This document shows, piece by piece, positions 25,001-38,365 of a stretch of DNA of 64,000 nucleotides (its first letter is position 1; the number at the start of each line of letters is the position of its first letter). Position numbers and translations under genes: made by a program. The notes below the pieces were generated by a model, which saw only the letters and a program-made list of their open reading frames with translations, did no database searches and was not told the origin of the DNA. The stretch is from Paragordius varius. Lineage: Eukaryota; Animalia; Nematomorpha. The stretch is taken from contig OZ176051.1 of the NCBI GenBank assembly GCA_964247055.1, positions 12,214,001 to 12,278,000 of the forward strand, in the 5' to 3' direction.

Positions 25001-28000
25001 TAAGGATCGTTCATCGCCTTCGATTTCTCGAGCATCCACGAAGCGTCGTGAAATTTCATTCCCATATCTGTTTATTTAAATAAATCGTTAATTATAAATA
25101 CCAGGTGGAGTCATAAGTTATTACTGTAATAACTAAAAGAGGACGCAAGTGAAGTATACAGACTTTTAATGATATAGACCTTTTTCGTTCATTTAACAAT
25201 AAATTACAAACACTCATTTGAGTCCGCAAAAACTAGCGCTTTAGATTTATCATAATCATATCGAATTTTGTGCATGGTACCACTTGCCATCAGAAGAAAA
25301 AGACTGTTGATAGTTATCGTTTGCTACCCGAAACATATGGTGAACATCCTCTATCGCAGTGGTGTCCAACACAAATGTTTATGCGATTGCTTGGATTAAG
25401 TTTTTTTTATTTTTAAGCCCAAATTTGGATGATATATTCTAAATAATAGTGATTGAAATCTATTTTTTTATTCTTTTTTAAATTGGAGCACTGTTGTACC
25501 GAAAAAAGCGTGTTGGAAATCTCTGCTGTATCGATATAGAAGATGGTGTCAAACCTTAAGAGTTGAGAAAGAGTGGAGGTGTTCTAGTAAATTACACAAC
25601 TGTGATGACGCTAAGATACAAGAGTATTCAAACGTAACATTAATTGGCAAATGCATTACATATATCACCAAAAACAATCTATAGATGCCTACGAGAATAG
25701 GTACATGGGTCTCACACAGAAGGTATATTAAATTGAAAATCGTAAAGTGACTTCTAATTCTTCAATATCACGACAAGAAAGCATTCATTGTCTTACTTTT
25801 CATATCCAAAGCAGAAAATCGTAACTTTCTTTTTAATCGGTTCACATACCGTCGCATAATTGTTTAGTCTGTGTCTGATGTAAGCGATATTGTGCATTAT
25901 TAACTGAAACTCAGTGAAACCAAAAAATTTTAAACCATTCATGAATCGAAAAACGAATATACCAGGATACATGGCAAAATGATTATGTCACATGCCAATG
26001 CTTCGTCTCTCACAACAAAACCCGTGAAAGAGACCTTAAATTCGCTTCTATAAAAAAATCTATTGCATCTGCTAAACACTCCTGACCTGTTGCCATCTGA
26101 TTAACGACTTCGCAATGGGGTGCGCCCTTGCAAAGCAGCACTACAATAAATTCGACTTTGCAAAATAGCTTGACAAATGGTTTTCCGCAAAAGACGATCA
26201 TTTTTTTGGAACGGCATTCATATATTAACAGAGAGATGGGCATAATGTATGGAAGCCGAAGTTCAATATTTGATTTAAAAATGAGTTATTGATTTTCTCT
26301 CAAAATCACATGTTTTTTTTGCGAAAAAACGGTAAAAACTTTTGGATGTATGAATCGTTTTTATCATGTACTCTAGATTGGATATCTTTTTTTTTGATAT
26401 AATAATATTTTTTAAAATATGTTTTATTAATACAACATTATATCATACAATTATCCCTAATTTAAAACCATTATATTTGTTTAAAAAAACAAATAGAGCT
26501 AAAAAATATTAGAATATCTGCCTGTTAATCAGGGCAAAAATGCAAACCAGTGCGCATTAATTTTATGTAGTTTATTTCTCATACAAAGGATAAAATACAA
26601 ATCAAATCAATTTATATCATTAAAGTATTTGATGAAAACATATTGAGAATTAATTAATGATTCAAACTTACCTATAATCAGCGGAACAGCCACCCCATTT
26701 GTAATCTGAACCAGCCAGTAAACTTCTATTTTTGCCTTTTCCAATCTTCCCCTTATGACGACTTTTGTCACAACCACAGTTGGAAATGTTACCTTTGCTA
26801 CAAGCTTGTATGATTGCGTACATGACGCCTGAAGATGTGGCGGCATACATGAACGCAGCTTCTCTGCTTGCTAATTACAGTATTGTACAATAAGATAAAC
26901 ATATTTTAGGACAAACTCTAATGATATTTTTTCCTGTAGATGTTGATTGGCACAAAATAAATAACAACCTTAAAATAATTTATATTTACAAAGAATGTTA
27001 TCACAGAATTTTTGAATTGGTTTATATGATTTAAAATGGAAACATAATAAATCCAATGTTGAAAACGAGTCAAAAGTAAAATACTGTAAAAACACTATTT
27101 TTTGAAAAATCTTAACTGTAAAATGGGTCTTGATTTTCTTGACCGATCGTGAGTGAGGATAGTAGGTTGGGGTTAAATCATGCCATGCAAAATATTTAAA
27201 CCTGTGTTACTCGATTAATCAAGCTAAAATGCTTAATTTGGTTTATATTTTTACTTTAATAAAAATAAAACAGAAGCGATAACATGGTTAATGTATGATT
27301 TAAATTATAAATTAAAGCCTTAAACACGCTACTTGCATCAATAAATTTTATTAAATCAAAATACCGTATTTTAAGTAGAAATTTTAGTTCCACTTTATGT
27401 TTCCAAAAAATTAAGGATTTATTAATTTTAAGCAGTAATAATGAAAATTATTTATTCCTGTATTAATATATTCAGAACACCATCTATAGTCTTTGAATGC
27501 CAATTTTTAATTATTATATGACTGACATAAATAAATTATAGCCAAAATTATATTTTTTAAAATTTAATAATTTTTATTGTAATCAATAGTATGAGTGTTG
27601 AATTGAAACAAATCTACCTCTAAGAAACACAGGGCCAAACACAAACGGAGATTCCGATGTCGTCGGATTCTGGTAAGAGCTAATTGAACCTATGTTAGAT
27701 CTTTGTTGTTCATGATGAGAGGATGATTGAAAATTATTATATTTCGGCAGATTTATATCATTATGATATTGTGACAATTTATATGTATCCATGTGTTGAT
27801 TTTGATGCAGGACCGTTGATGACATGGTAGGCGAAGTCATTTCGAAATACTTTATGGAGGCTTTGGTAGAGAGTGGTTGTGAGGATGCCATAACAGGGAC
27901 TGTCGTGCAATTCCATCGATGAGATCGAAATTGCCATTTGCATTCAGATTGCCCGAGGCGAGCACCCTGCCAAATAGCTATAATAGCCTCTGGAGTATTT

Positions 28001-28518
28001 TGACACAATAGCCTTTGTTGGGGCGCTAAACCAGGAATTTTGCTGCAAAGTATGTTTGCCCCCAAAGCCACTACGGAAGACAGGGTCCTATCAAATAAAC
28101 ATGATATAGTTAGGATGACAGTTATCAAGGGTACAATGCGAGAAGAATATGCCCTATGGGTGTAATTACAAATACAATGCTTGTTTGTTGGTTTAATACA
28201 TTTTGTGCGGGTTGAGGACGGTTTATTACCTCGTGAAGTAAATATATATTTGTTAAAAAAATTAACATAAATTCGTTGATTACTAAATTGAATTGAATAT
28301 ACAATATATTTATTTAGTTTGTTGCTTAATATATGTATAAAATATAAAAGTAGATCATCTTGGAACTTTATCCGTTTGGTAAAACCGAAAAAACATTTGA
28401 TGACCCAATTTCTATTGTAATAAAATTTTTTGATATTGAGCGAATTTAGCGGTATAACTGATTGACTAATACCATAAAATATATTTAACCAGAAGGAAAC
28501 TGTTAAAAATTTCCACAT
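16036..28518 (-). CDS. wnt7: Wnt7-subfamily ligand. Exons: (28518 or 28087)-27618, 26870-26672, 25067-24968, 24849-24686, 16443-16304, 16223-16036. The 5' end is uncertain.
   Basis: [26 protein letters not shown] is diagnostic of Wnt7. Also [15 protein letters not shown]-like [30 protein letters not shown] (lipidated Ser intact), [11 protein letters not shown] and [11 protein letters not shown]. 24 conserved Cys were counted and splice phases are consistent. AATAAA lies 8 nt after the stop. Confidence 0.95.
17144..19855 (+). mobile_element. Full-length hAT DNA transposon (Buster/Charlie/SPIN, GTF2IRD2-like) in the 8.2-kb Wnt7 intron
   Basis: TIR CAGGGGTGGC(C/T)A at both ends. Perfect 8-bp TSD GTATATAT (17136-17143, 19856-19863). 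Subterminal GTGACCGCG repeats. Confidence 0.95.
17504..19313 (+). pseudogene. hAT transposase with at least three frameshift or stop lesions
   Basis: [52 protein letters not shown] and TYLCESAFS motifs are spread over four ORFs in different frames. Confidence 0.92.
19900..22900 (+). mobile_element. Heavily decayed Ty3/Gypsy LTR retrotransposon (gag-pol), within the Wnt7 intron; boundaries approximate
   Basis: Zinc-knuckle-like [11 protein letters not shown] (~20470), RT-like LQKLDILE...[26 protein letters not shown] (~21030-21160) and integrase-like YLHSGH (~22380). Many stops. No LTRs identified. Confidence 0.8.
23522..23960. mobile_element. Diverged copy of MITE family A
   Basis: GGGGTAGTTTT terminus, AAAATGGCGGC and ATGCGCCTATT motifs; boundaries approximate. 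Confidence 0.6.
25101..26345 (+). mobile_element. Decayed mariner transposon (~1.25 kb) in a Wnt7 intron
   Basis: TA followed by TIR CCAGGTGGAGTCATAAGTTATTAC. Transposase relics [33 protein letters not shown] and [16 protein letters not shown]. Confidence 0.85.
25357..25525. mobile_element. 169-bp hAT-type MITE inserted in the mariner
   Basis: Ends CAGTGGTGTCCAACAC / GTGTTGGAAATCTCTG. TSD CTCTATCG / CTGTATCG (7/8 match). Confidence 0.8.
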
Positions 28519-29388
28519 CCGGCATAGGTGTTTGGAAATATAAAGATAATAATCGATTTAATCAATTTATTTTATAATCATATTTGGATAATTTGTGGTC
28601 TACTTTCAAATAAAATGTCAATAAAATTTTAGGCTTGAAACTTTATAAACGCCAAAAAAGAAGTTATTAACCAAACTTTTAGTAAAAAATTATGAATTTC
28701 TCTCAAGTACTTAATAAACTTTTTCTACCTGCACAAGCACTTATGAGGTTAATAAAGTTTTTTCCTCCTTTTTGCGGTACGTCCCATCCATAATAGTTAC
28801 ATATTGTAAATTATTTTATATATTATGCCTATAAAAACATATTTTTTCATTAAAATGCTACAAAAAATATAAAAACTAATATGTATTGTACTAACTATAT
28901 TTGGATAGGATTATATATATTGTTCTAGACATCAAAAATATAATTTCATTTAACACCGTGTTTAAATTACTTCACTCAAATTTTGTCTCTCCTCGTTTTC
29001 CCATCTTAGGACATTTTAATAGCTTTTCCCATTTCTTTATTAATACTACATAACACTAATATTGTATTTTTCCCCTAAAGTTAATGTTTTAAACTCTAAT
29101 GAATATCACAAAAGATATTTTAAATGTGTCGGCATAAAAAGGTACATTTTATTGGCTTTTAAGAGTTGTTCTTAATGTAGACCAAATATTCTAGTTTTTT
29201 TAGAAATTTGCGACAAATTTAATTGCCATGTCAAAAAGGTAGAGTCTGTTAGCTCATAAAAATATATCCTTATGAAAAATAAATACAACTATTGTTATAT
29301 AATTATTTAATTTTGAATCGATATATAGTACCAAATCACATATGACTAACCTCAATAAGTATAATTCTTTACAACAAAAGGCTACACC

Positions 29389-29392
<4 letters not shown>

Positions 29393-29424
<32 letters not shown>
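29393..29424. repeat. (AT)n microsatellite
   Basis: Direct reading. Confidence 0.9.
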
Positions 29425-29428
<4 letters not shown>

Positions 29429-30972
29429 TACCCCGCAAAATTTAGGTAAACATCAAATCAAATTCATGACATGTTAAAGCAGTTAATTTTTTTACCAATA
29501 TTTGTAAATGTGGTATTATTTAACTGTCTTTAAATCAAAATCATTGACTTCAATTACCCAAAAACCTCAAATGAATATTCTGTTGCTTTGTATATTTTTA
29601 TATGACGAATACATTTTGGGATGTTTTTATTCTAAGCATGAAATATATGAAAACATATAACACTAAAAGTGGCTAAAATATAAAAAATAAAAATCGACAA
29701 TATTATAAACCGACTTTATAGGGTTTTTTAATTACTTTTTATTAAATTAATTTTTATTTAGAATATATTTGTGAATGTGTCAATATTTTTAAGAATAAAA
29801 AAATCTATAAAAAATAGATATTTTGAGAATTCATTCATAAGAGTTATGGTAAAAGTTTATTTTTAGTAACCCGACCCTATAAGTAAGATCTAAGACAACG
29901 ATAATATCAAATTTTTATTAAGTTCAAAACTGTAAATTAGTTCTGTAATTTACTGCTTTAATCTTCTGCTAGATGACAATGCTTGGGCACATTATTGGGT
30001 TTTAATCCATATGTTTAACTATCCATCAAATTTTTAAGGGCTATATTTACATAGAATCCGCTAAGAGATTGACTAATGGCAATTATTGTAATTATATGGT
30101 GTATCTTAATTTTCATTTTTGTGCGTTTCTACCTCTGAGAAATACATTGCTAGTCATTACTAACACCTTGGTCAAATTAAACGGTGGTCATTATTTCATA
30201 GTCCTTTTTTTGGAGAAAGCATTTAAAGGTTTAACTTATAAGTTTTGATATTTGCTACAAAATTAATTTCCCAATTTTTGCGAAAAAATAATTGTTTCAT
30301 TTATTAATTTTATGTTCTATATTTTGGAATATAATTATTATCATTAAAATTAAATTTTTATAGTTTTTTTTTCCAACAAAACACAATTAATTTTTATTAT
30401 ATAATGTTTCATTAAACATATATAATGGAGATAATTGGTCTCTTTGCAATATCATTGGTTTTTCACATATTACATATAATAATTATAAAATTACGATAAT
30501 TATAGAATAATTTTAGTTATATTTTAAGGAAAAAAAGATAATATCACGGATAACTTGTACGCAAAGAAATTTTTTTATGACACCGCCCGACACATCGCAA
30601 AATTGTTTTACAAATAGAGGTATTTAAAAAATTTATGTTTTAGTTATAATTGTTATATAAATATTTACTTATCTATAAAAACATTTTGGGTATTTTACAA
30701 TAAAAAATGCCAAATTTATATTCAGCTCCATATGAATAATAATTGTTTATTATAGCAAAATACCAATCTTGCAAAATCTCTTAAACCTAATAGAAATAAT
30801 ATTTAACTCTATTAAAAATATATATCTTTAAACTCTTATATTAATTGATTTAAATTAAAGAATATTAGTAATTAACTCACATGGTCTATTTAAAATTTAT
30901 TAAAAGGAAAATACTCCAAGACATAATATTAAAATTGTATTAATTCAATATAAGGATTTTATCGTTACATTA

Positions 30973-31903
30973 TCAAGTGTAATCTTAAAAACTTTATCGG
31001 TTTTTTTGGCAAAAAATAGTCGATATATCGGATGCGAAGGTTTTTGATTTTAAAGTGTCTCACACTGTATGCTGTGTTAGACGGAGGTCATCTTGCAAAA
31101 TAATCACTTTGCCATGCATTATGGCCTATTACAGTAATTAATGCCAAGTTAATAATTATTTACAGACGATTGATGTGTCTTAATGGATTCACCGGGTTTT
31201 TCTAAATCTCATTGCATATTACCGTTGTGCCACTAGATAGAGAATATAGTCTCGAGGCGATAGAGCCTTACTGATGATGAACCGGCTTGGCAAGGTAAAA
31301 GTTAATATTTTTCGGCTTTGGATCTACAAAATTAAACCATTTTCCATCAATTGTCATAAGGACATGTAAAAATAAATTTGTTCAGTCAAAGTATGATTCT
31401 CCAATTCACTTTTGACATTTATTTTGTGGGAAACTGATAATTTTATTGATCTTTTTCGTGGACATATATTGACTCTTATTCAACCAATAATTCTGCCGAT
31501 CCGTTGTGTTTGTACTGAGTCATCCTTTAATATTTTGTATCGTCGTCGCAGTTGTGTGGTTTACTCGAGTGTCCAATCTTTTTTAATTTAAATCACAACT
31601 TTTAAATTTTAAAACCTATTTCACATGTTAAATCGATGTAGCATTTCCTCCATCTGTTTCGATATGCAAATGATTATATGCAACAGTCTGTTTCTTCTGA
31701 TGGGACAAAAAACAATGCGTGTCGCAAATGTTTTATATGCACAAAATATTACATTATCAATGATTGAAAAAAAATGAAACGCTAGTTCTTGGTGGATTAA
31801 ACTGTGTGTTTACGGCAGAAGAACAAAGCGGCATCTGTGACAAATAAATCCAGTTAGCTGACATCTTCTCCTAAAACCGGTAATGAATTATGACCACACC
31901 TGG
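30973..31903 (-). mobile_element. Decayed mariner transposon, same family as 25101 and 37384
   Basis: TIR CCAGGTGTGGTCATAATTCATTACCGG at the right end and a degenerate partner at ~30973. Relics MTIDGKWFNFVDPK and HGKVIILQD. Confidence 0.8.
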
Positions 31904-32626
31904 TGAACTTAATTAATCATTTTAAAATTCAAATCATATATAATAAATTTATAAAATAACAAGTATTTGAAGCCGTTTTTTATAATATAAAATAAAAAAA
32001 ATGTTTAATTTATTTATTTTTTGATAGAATTGAAGATAATTTTCGATAAGGGGTAAATTATGTATAAGTTTTTGACAAATCACCGAGTTTTTACATATAG
32101 CTCTTTAATTTCTATTTAAAGCTTTAATTCGATAACAAAATATTACATTCATAAATTTTAAAGAAACATATAATTGTGGAGAAACTTTGGCAAAAGCTTT
32201 TATAATTTCTCAATGTCTAACGAGTTAATCATATGTTTTAATAATAAAAAGGAACTAATGATATCAATATCAAAATTAAGCGTATTAAACAAATGCAGAT
32301 TTTGAATACATATGACCCATAAATAAATTAGATTTTGGCATTTTAGGCGCTTCCCTTTAATAATATCTATAAAAAAATATTTTTGTGATGACTATTTATA
32401 TAAATGTAAATATACGAGTATTTTTTAATAAACCATGACTACTTAAAATCATTTTATTCTTATATGCAACTTCTTTTCGGTAGAATATCCAATAAATTAT
32501 ATTTATTTTTATTTAAAAAGGATATCGAAATTTGGATTGAGAGCTTCGAAATCATCAAACTCATTAAATGCGTATGAATGTGATTAATATCTATGAATAT
32601 GCCGAGCGGCAATTCATATGCTATAT

Positions 32627-32889
32627 CAGGGGTGTCCGACACGAGGCCCGCGGTCCGCATCCTCTGGTAAATTATGTACGGAAATCCATCTATGAAAAAA
32701 TGTGCTATCAAAATCTTGGTAAAATTGGTGATTTTCAAATATTAATTAAATATATCAAAGTGGCCATAGAGTAGAAAATTTTTTATATGGTGGTATTTTA
32801 CAGTCCTATGTCAAAAATCTAATAAAATACTATTGGATGCCCATATATATAAATGCAACCCGCGACGCCATTTGTGTTGCACACCCCTG
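32627..32889. mobile_element. 263-bp hAT-type MITE
   Basis: TIR CAGGGGTGTCCGACAC / GTGTTGCACACCCCTG. TSD TGCTATAT / TGCTTGAT (6/8 match). Confidence 0.85.
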
Positions 32890-33239
32890 TGCTTGATTCC
32901 ATTATTTTCGGAAAAGACTTTTAAAGCGTATATTAATGCATTAATCTTCAAAATTAGATCGCTTCCATTTCAATTTCGATTGAAAGATTATTAAAATAAT
33001 GTTATACCGCGAGTTCACAAAAGGTATATTTATTGTCTACAAATATGAGAAAAAATGGGGTTTTAAGCTTGATTGATGGATTGGAAAATGATAATGGGCT
33101 ATATATTTGCTCGATCTCATTTGTAATTAATATATTTAAAACATTGAATACTAATTCAAAATTGAGGGAAAAAATAATAATTTATGTGATTCCAAATAGA
33201 AAAAATATAAATAAAAATAATTAAAAGGCTTATCCATTA

Positions 33240-33710
33240 CCTTTGGGGGTAGTTTTATATCCGAGAGCGTTTTTTAATTTGAATATCTTAAAAAATAATT
33301 AAGCCAAATTTAAAAATATGTTTTTTTTATTCTTTTAGGCGCATTATACAATTTTTTTTTAAAAAATGTAAAATGTAAATAACCGCATTTCAAACTTGCC
33401 GCCATTTTTTTTATAATTTTTTTTATCCCTAATGCAACAGGCAAATAAATGTATATTATAGTTAAATGTAAAAATTTAATTTTAAAAGGCTTTGAGGCTA
33501 CATTTTATTTGCAAAAAGTTGATATATTTTGGTGTTAATATCAGCTGTTCGTTTCAATTGTGTTTTGGTCCCAATTTTAGGCTCTTGATGTCACAAAACT
33601 GTACAAAATATAAGCTTTATCTATTACGATGAAAACAATGTTTATAATTACTTTCATAACTGTAGTTTATTTGCAAAATGAGCTCTGGGATATATAATCT
33701 CATAACGTAA
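33240..33710. mobile_element. MITE family A copy, opposite orientation to 12880
   Basis: TA-CCTTTGGGGGTAGTTTTATATCC terminus. Interior is reverse-complement similar to 12880-13355. Confidence 0.75.
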
Positions 33711-35375
33711 AATAGGGCAAAAAAGTTAAAAGGCAATGGAGTGTTAATATGGTTATGAAAGAGCAAATGAAATTATTGTGTCGGGTGGAAAAAAGCAAAA
33801 TAAAAAGGGCTTTGTAGCAATGAGGTTAGAAATCAGAAATACTCTTAAGAACACAGAAAAGATGGTTCCTTATGATTAGGATAAAAATTGAATTATCTAT
33901 TAATATAAAGACTGCGCATATGTAACCCAGGGAGTAGAAAATTTTATTACAATAAGAATAGGGGATATATAGATTGTTGTGAATGCAGAATATGAGGTTG
34001 CTGGCCTAAATAAATCTTTGAAAAAGAAAATTAGAATTTTTATTAAATAATCAACCTTATCCATGCCGTTAAAACATTGATTGGCGAGCAGAAAAGGACA
34101 TTTGCTGTGCGGCATTTTTATGGCTATTTAAAAATGATATGATTATGCGTACTATCATATAGGGAAAACTTTAAACAATATTCTATATTTTAAATTAATA
34201 AACATGTATATCATTAGCACTAAGAATGTTATAAGAGCTTTAAAAACGAAAGTTGTATAAACAGTCGACTATTCATCTTAACAAAAACATGGACGTAATC
34301 GCAAAAAAATAAGATAATGTAAATTAGAGGGGTGCGGCACGCAGATGGGGTGAAACGAATCCAAAGTTGATAGGCAAAACGGTTGTTTAAAGAAATCGTA
34401 ATTTTAGAAACAGTGGAATTATAATAATTAACATGCGATATAAAATTACTTTATTAGAATGTAAAAGACAAAGATATTTAAAAGTAAATGGTGTGACTAT
34501 TAGTGGCTTAAATTAGTATTGTTATATGAAAAAAATTTGAGATTTGTTATAAATATAATTCGATACACAAAGATGTTGGTTAATAAATTTAATTGGTAGT
34601 GATATAGTAAAATATGGATGAGTATAAGGTGTAAGGATGATGGAAAGGATAATTTCAAGACTCCGTTAAATGATACAAAATGGACATGGCAAAACAAAAC
34701 TCAAAAAGTGAAAGTGGCTACAGCGTAATATGGTGGTTATAGGGATATGACGGCTTAATACGAGGTAATTATACATGTTATAGTTATTATTCTTATCACT
34801 TGTTTAGTTTTTAATTCACATTTTTCAAAACGATTCAGCAACTAAAACTGTAACTAAAATTATTCATAGAAAATATTACCCAGAGCCACGGAACCGTTAA
34901 ACCCTATTTATAATAAATACCACAGCCATACCCAATTTTAAACAAACTACAAAAAAATACCGTGTTGTTTTTATATTATCAATGACATTTACGGATTATA
35001 TTTTAAAATCTTAACGTAATTGATGATATTTTTAGGGTCTTCATCTACCAGCGCAGAAAGAAAATTATTAACTATTTTTTTCTGTGCATTTTATAGAGCC
35101 AAAAAAGGATTATCTGATAAATATAGAACACATTTTTGCAAAAAACACATAAATATTAATCATATTTTAAACTGAAATGAGTTTACAATTATCAAATATT
35201 ACTATATATTTCATTCATATTTATAATATCCTTTTTTAATGTATAAAGAGTTGTGTAATGTCATTCACAACTGTCATTTTGTGGTTTTATCTGTTTATCA
35301 ATGAAATTCATAAATTTCATATTTTTGATAAATGTAATTGGTTCTATGAAAAATGAGATAATAAAATTAACATAT

Positions 35376-35894
35376 TTACCATATATTATGTGCCGTGCAT
35401 AGATAACTCCAGAACACTAGAGAAAACAGAAATTCGGAATGATACGCTGAATAGGGTCGTCTTCCATGAAATATTTGATATATTTTTTCATTTCGCCGAA
35501 ATTTAAACGATTCGCATACTTTATTATACCCTAAGGGAATTTTATTGTGAATTACTCTTTTTGTTATATGAAAACTTTTAATAACATAATTGCAGTTGAA
35601 AGAACTTATTAAAATGGAAACGTAATATACAATCGACCAACTACAATAAAAATGGTCGCAAAAGTTATCCAGATTAAAATTATGACGTATACTTTTAGAG
35701 CAAACATAGCGTTGAAGCGAAATAAAAGTGCATAGGTAAAATGGAAATAAGGTAAATTCCAATATATTGAAAAAGATGTTTGACCGCAACGATTGAGCTA
35801 AAAGCCCATATATGATGGAAGCAATAAGAATAGTATTGACATAAGCTCGTTGGATTTGATAATCTTTGAGCATATATTCTTCATAATATACTCT
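35376..35894 (-). other. ~170-codon open frame resembling TM2-TM5 of a divergent rhodopsin-family 7TM receptor (exon or pseudogene)
   Basis: Hydrophobic segments, a DRY-like LCTFISLQRYVC motif and a TM4-like W segment. An AG precedes the frame. The canonical TM3 Cys is missing. Confidence 0.35.
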
Positions 35895-37087
35895 CTATTT
35901 CTTGCATTAAAACTCAGTCGAAGTATACATCCATATCACGGATTAGGGATAAATGTCAAAAACATTTTAAAATAATGTAATTTTTATACCAATGAAGAAA
36001 GCTGAAGATTCCCTTTATCTCATGTTATTGATATGTTTGGTTTAATAACCAATACCCAACCGGTCACCAAACTGGTTATAAATTAGCAGAATAATTGGAT
36101 GTCGAAAAAAATGGAATATATTTAAACTTAAATAATAATGGAAAAATTAATTATATTTATTAATTATCATAAAAAATAGATTTAAAAATTTTTTTTATAA
36201 ATTGGTCGTGTAGTAAGTCCATATTTTATGCTGTCCTGTTATTCTACTACTATGTTAATATATAAATACGGTTATATAATAATTAATATATCGTGTCTGT
36301 ACAAAAACTTGTCTTTTAAGGCGCATCTCTTTTATGTGTTTTTATTTGTAAAAAAGTGTTTAAATTCATCAAAATTTTATTTCTATATCTTTAATATAAA
36401 ATATATGTAGGTAATTATATATTTTACAGGTTTAATCACACAAAAATGATTATATTTTAGCCATATATAATTATGAAAATAATGCCAGGCTCTCATTTAA
36501 ATCAGAGAGAATTTTCTCCATAAAAAATATATTAGAAATAAATAATAAATAATTATATCTAAAGTTAAAGGCATATTTTGTTTAAATTTTTTTAAAAAAT
36601 AATTAAATCTTATAAAGATTTTAGCGTAGTTTGATGGACCTAAGTCCCTATATTATTATAATTTGTTTTAAAAAACCTTTGATTTAGCACCACCGTCTGA
36701 GTTTAAAATTGTCATTTATTATAGGTAGTAAGCAGATAAATATACTGTTATAATACCCATCATTATTGTAATAATATTTTACCTTAATATAAACATTTTG
36801 TTTGTTTTATTGCGAACATACTGAGATTTATATACATATAAATTTGAAATTTACCTTTATTTTAAGCATCATTAGTGAAAAAAGTTATTTGACTGACCCC
36901 CATATAAATTGCCGAAAACGAGAAATGTATTGCTGCATACTTTTTAACAATGTTAGCAAATTTGTTACCTTATAAGAGTTTTTCAGTGGTCTAGTCTGTT
37001 TGGGAAAACGGAAATTGGTTTTGTTTTCACGTTGTCGAGACAAAACATTTTTAACATTATGGTTTATAAAAACTTACAACTTTATTA

Positions 37088-37090
<3 letters not shown>

Positions 37091-37142
<52 letters not shown>
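37091..37142. repeat. (AT)n microsatellite
   Basis: Direct reading. Confidence 0.95.
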
Positions 37143-37148
<6 letters not shown>

Positions 37149-37383
37149 GTATTTGACTTTACTTTCAAAAACTTTACCATTGCCCTGCAATATTTAGTGT
37201 TATTGCGTACGTAAATTATGTTAATGAGGTTTTATTTGGATAGTAATGATATAATTAATTCTATGATATTAACCTTTATATGTTATATTTTCGCAAAGAT
37301 AAAGTATGTTTCATTGGTATGAGAAAACTGATCTAAACATTATGGGTTATTTGAAAACTGACAAAAATATACCAAAATTGCTA

Positions 37384-38365
37384 CAAAGCAGTCATAAGTC
37401 TTATCGTTTTTTGGCAAAAAACACGATGATCGTTGGATCTTTTACTTATTTTATTTTAAATATTATTTATCGGCTCTACACACTACTCTCTCGTGTACTA
37501 TATGAAGGCCATACTAGAAAAACTGAATGTATTTTGCGGAAAACCATTTGGATATTTTTTAACGTCTTCCAAAACAGTGAAAAGCTGCTTTGGCGTGCAC
37601 CCCATTGATTTGTAGAGGTAAAAGTCAGATAGCGTGAGTGTAAAGCTAATGCGGAAGAAAGTCAAATCGAAGCGATTTTCTAATGGTTTTGCCGTGTGAG
37701 ACGGATCATCTTCATGTAGTAAAATTATTTTGACATGAATTCTGGCCTATTTTTTATCGTTTTTCGATCAATTTTAATTTAATTTTTGACAATAGCGTTC
37801 TGTGTTAACTGTTACTGAGTTATAAGAGTTAATACCTGAAAAATACCATTTCATACCTTAGACACAGAACATATCTTTTCCGCAGCGATTCCTCCTTGGT
37901 GTAAATGGACCGGCTTGGGGTAAAATCTATGATCCCCATGAGTTACTTCGATTTGATTTCATTCTAATTGGGTGGTTATATTTGGAGGTTTATTGGTTTT
38001 CATTGATTGTCATCTACCGATTTTTTGTGATATATGACATGCTTGCCATTTGCCGTTGTTGGGTCTTCCTCCAATAATTCTACTTTATCACCTTCGCAGT
38101 TGTGTGATAGTTTCGCATATTAATCGATGGAGCATGTGTTAATGCTTCTGCATGCAAAAGATGACTCTCAACAGCCCTTTCCTTTTAATGATAGAAAAAT
38201 GTTCTATTTCAAACACAAAATGATTACTGAATAATAAGAATAAGCGCCACCTTTTGGCGGGATCGAAATGTGTGTGCTTAGAATGTCATATGACAAAATT
38301 GGTATGAATAATCGCGTACGCACTTTTTGCCTCAGAAAACGGTAATAACTTATGACTACACCTGG
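37384..38365 (-). mobile_element. Decayed, internally deleted mariner transposon
   Basis: TIR CCAGGTGTAGTCATAAGTTATTACCG at the right end and degenerate CAAAGCAGTCATAAGTCTTATCG at the left. Relics HVKIILLHEDDPSHTAKP and TLSDFYLYKSM. Confidence 0.85.

Noticed and set aside
31265-31285. CTGATGA hammerhead-like cores (also ~18242, ~22692, ~51286)
   Set aside because: They lie inside transposase relics and lack the stems and GAAA partner.
37000-37197. ORF with an IYIYIY repeat
   Set aside because: Translation of an (AT)n microsatellite.
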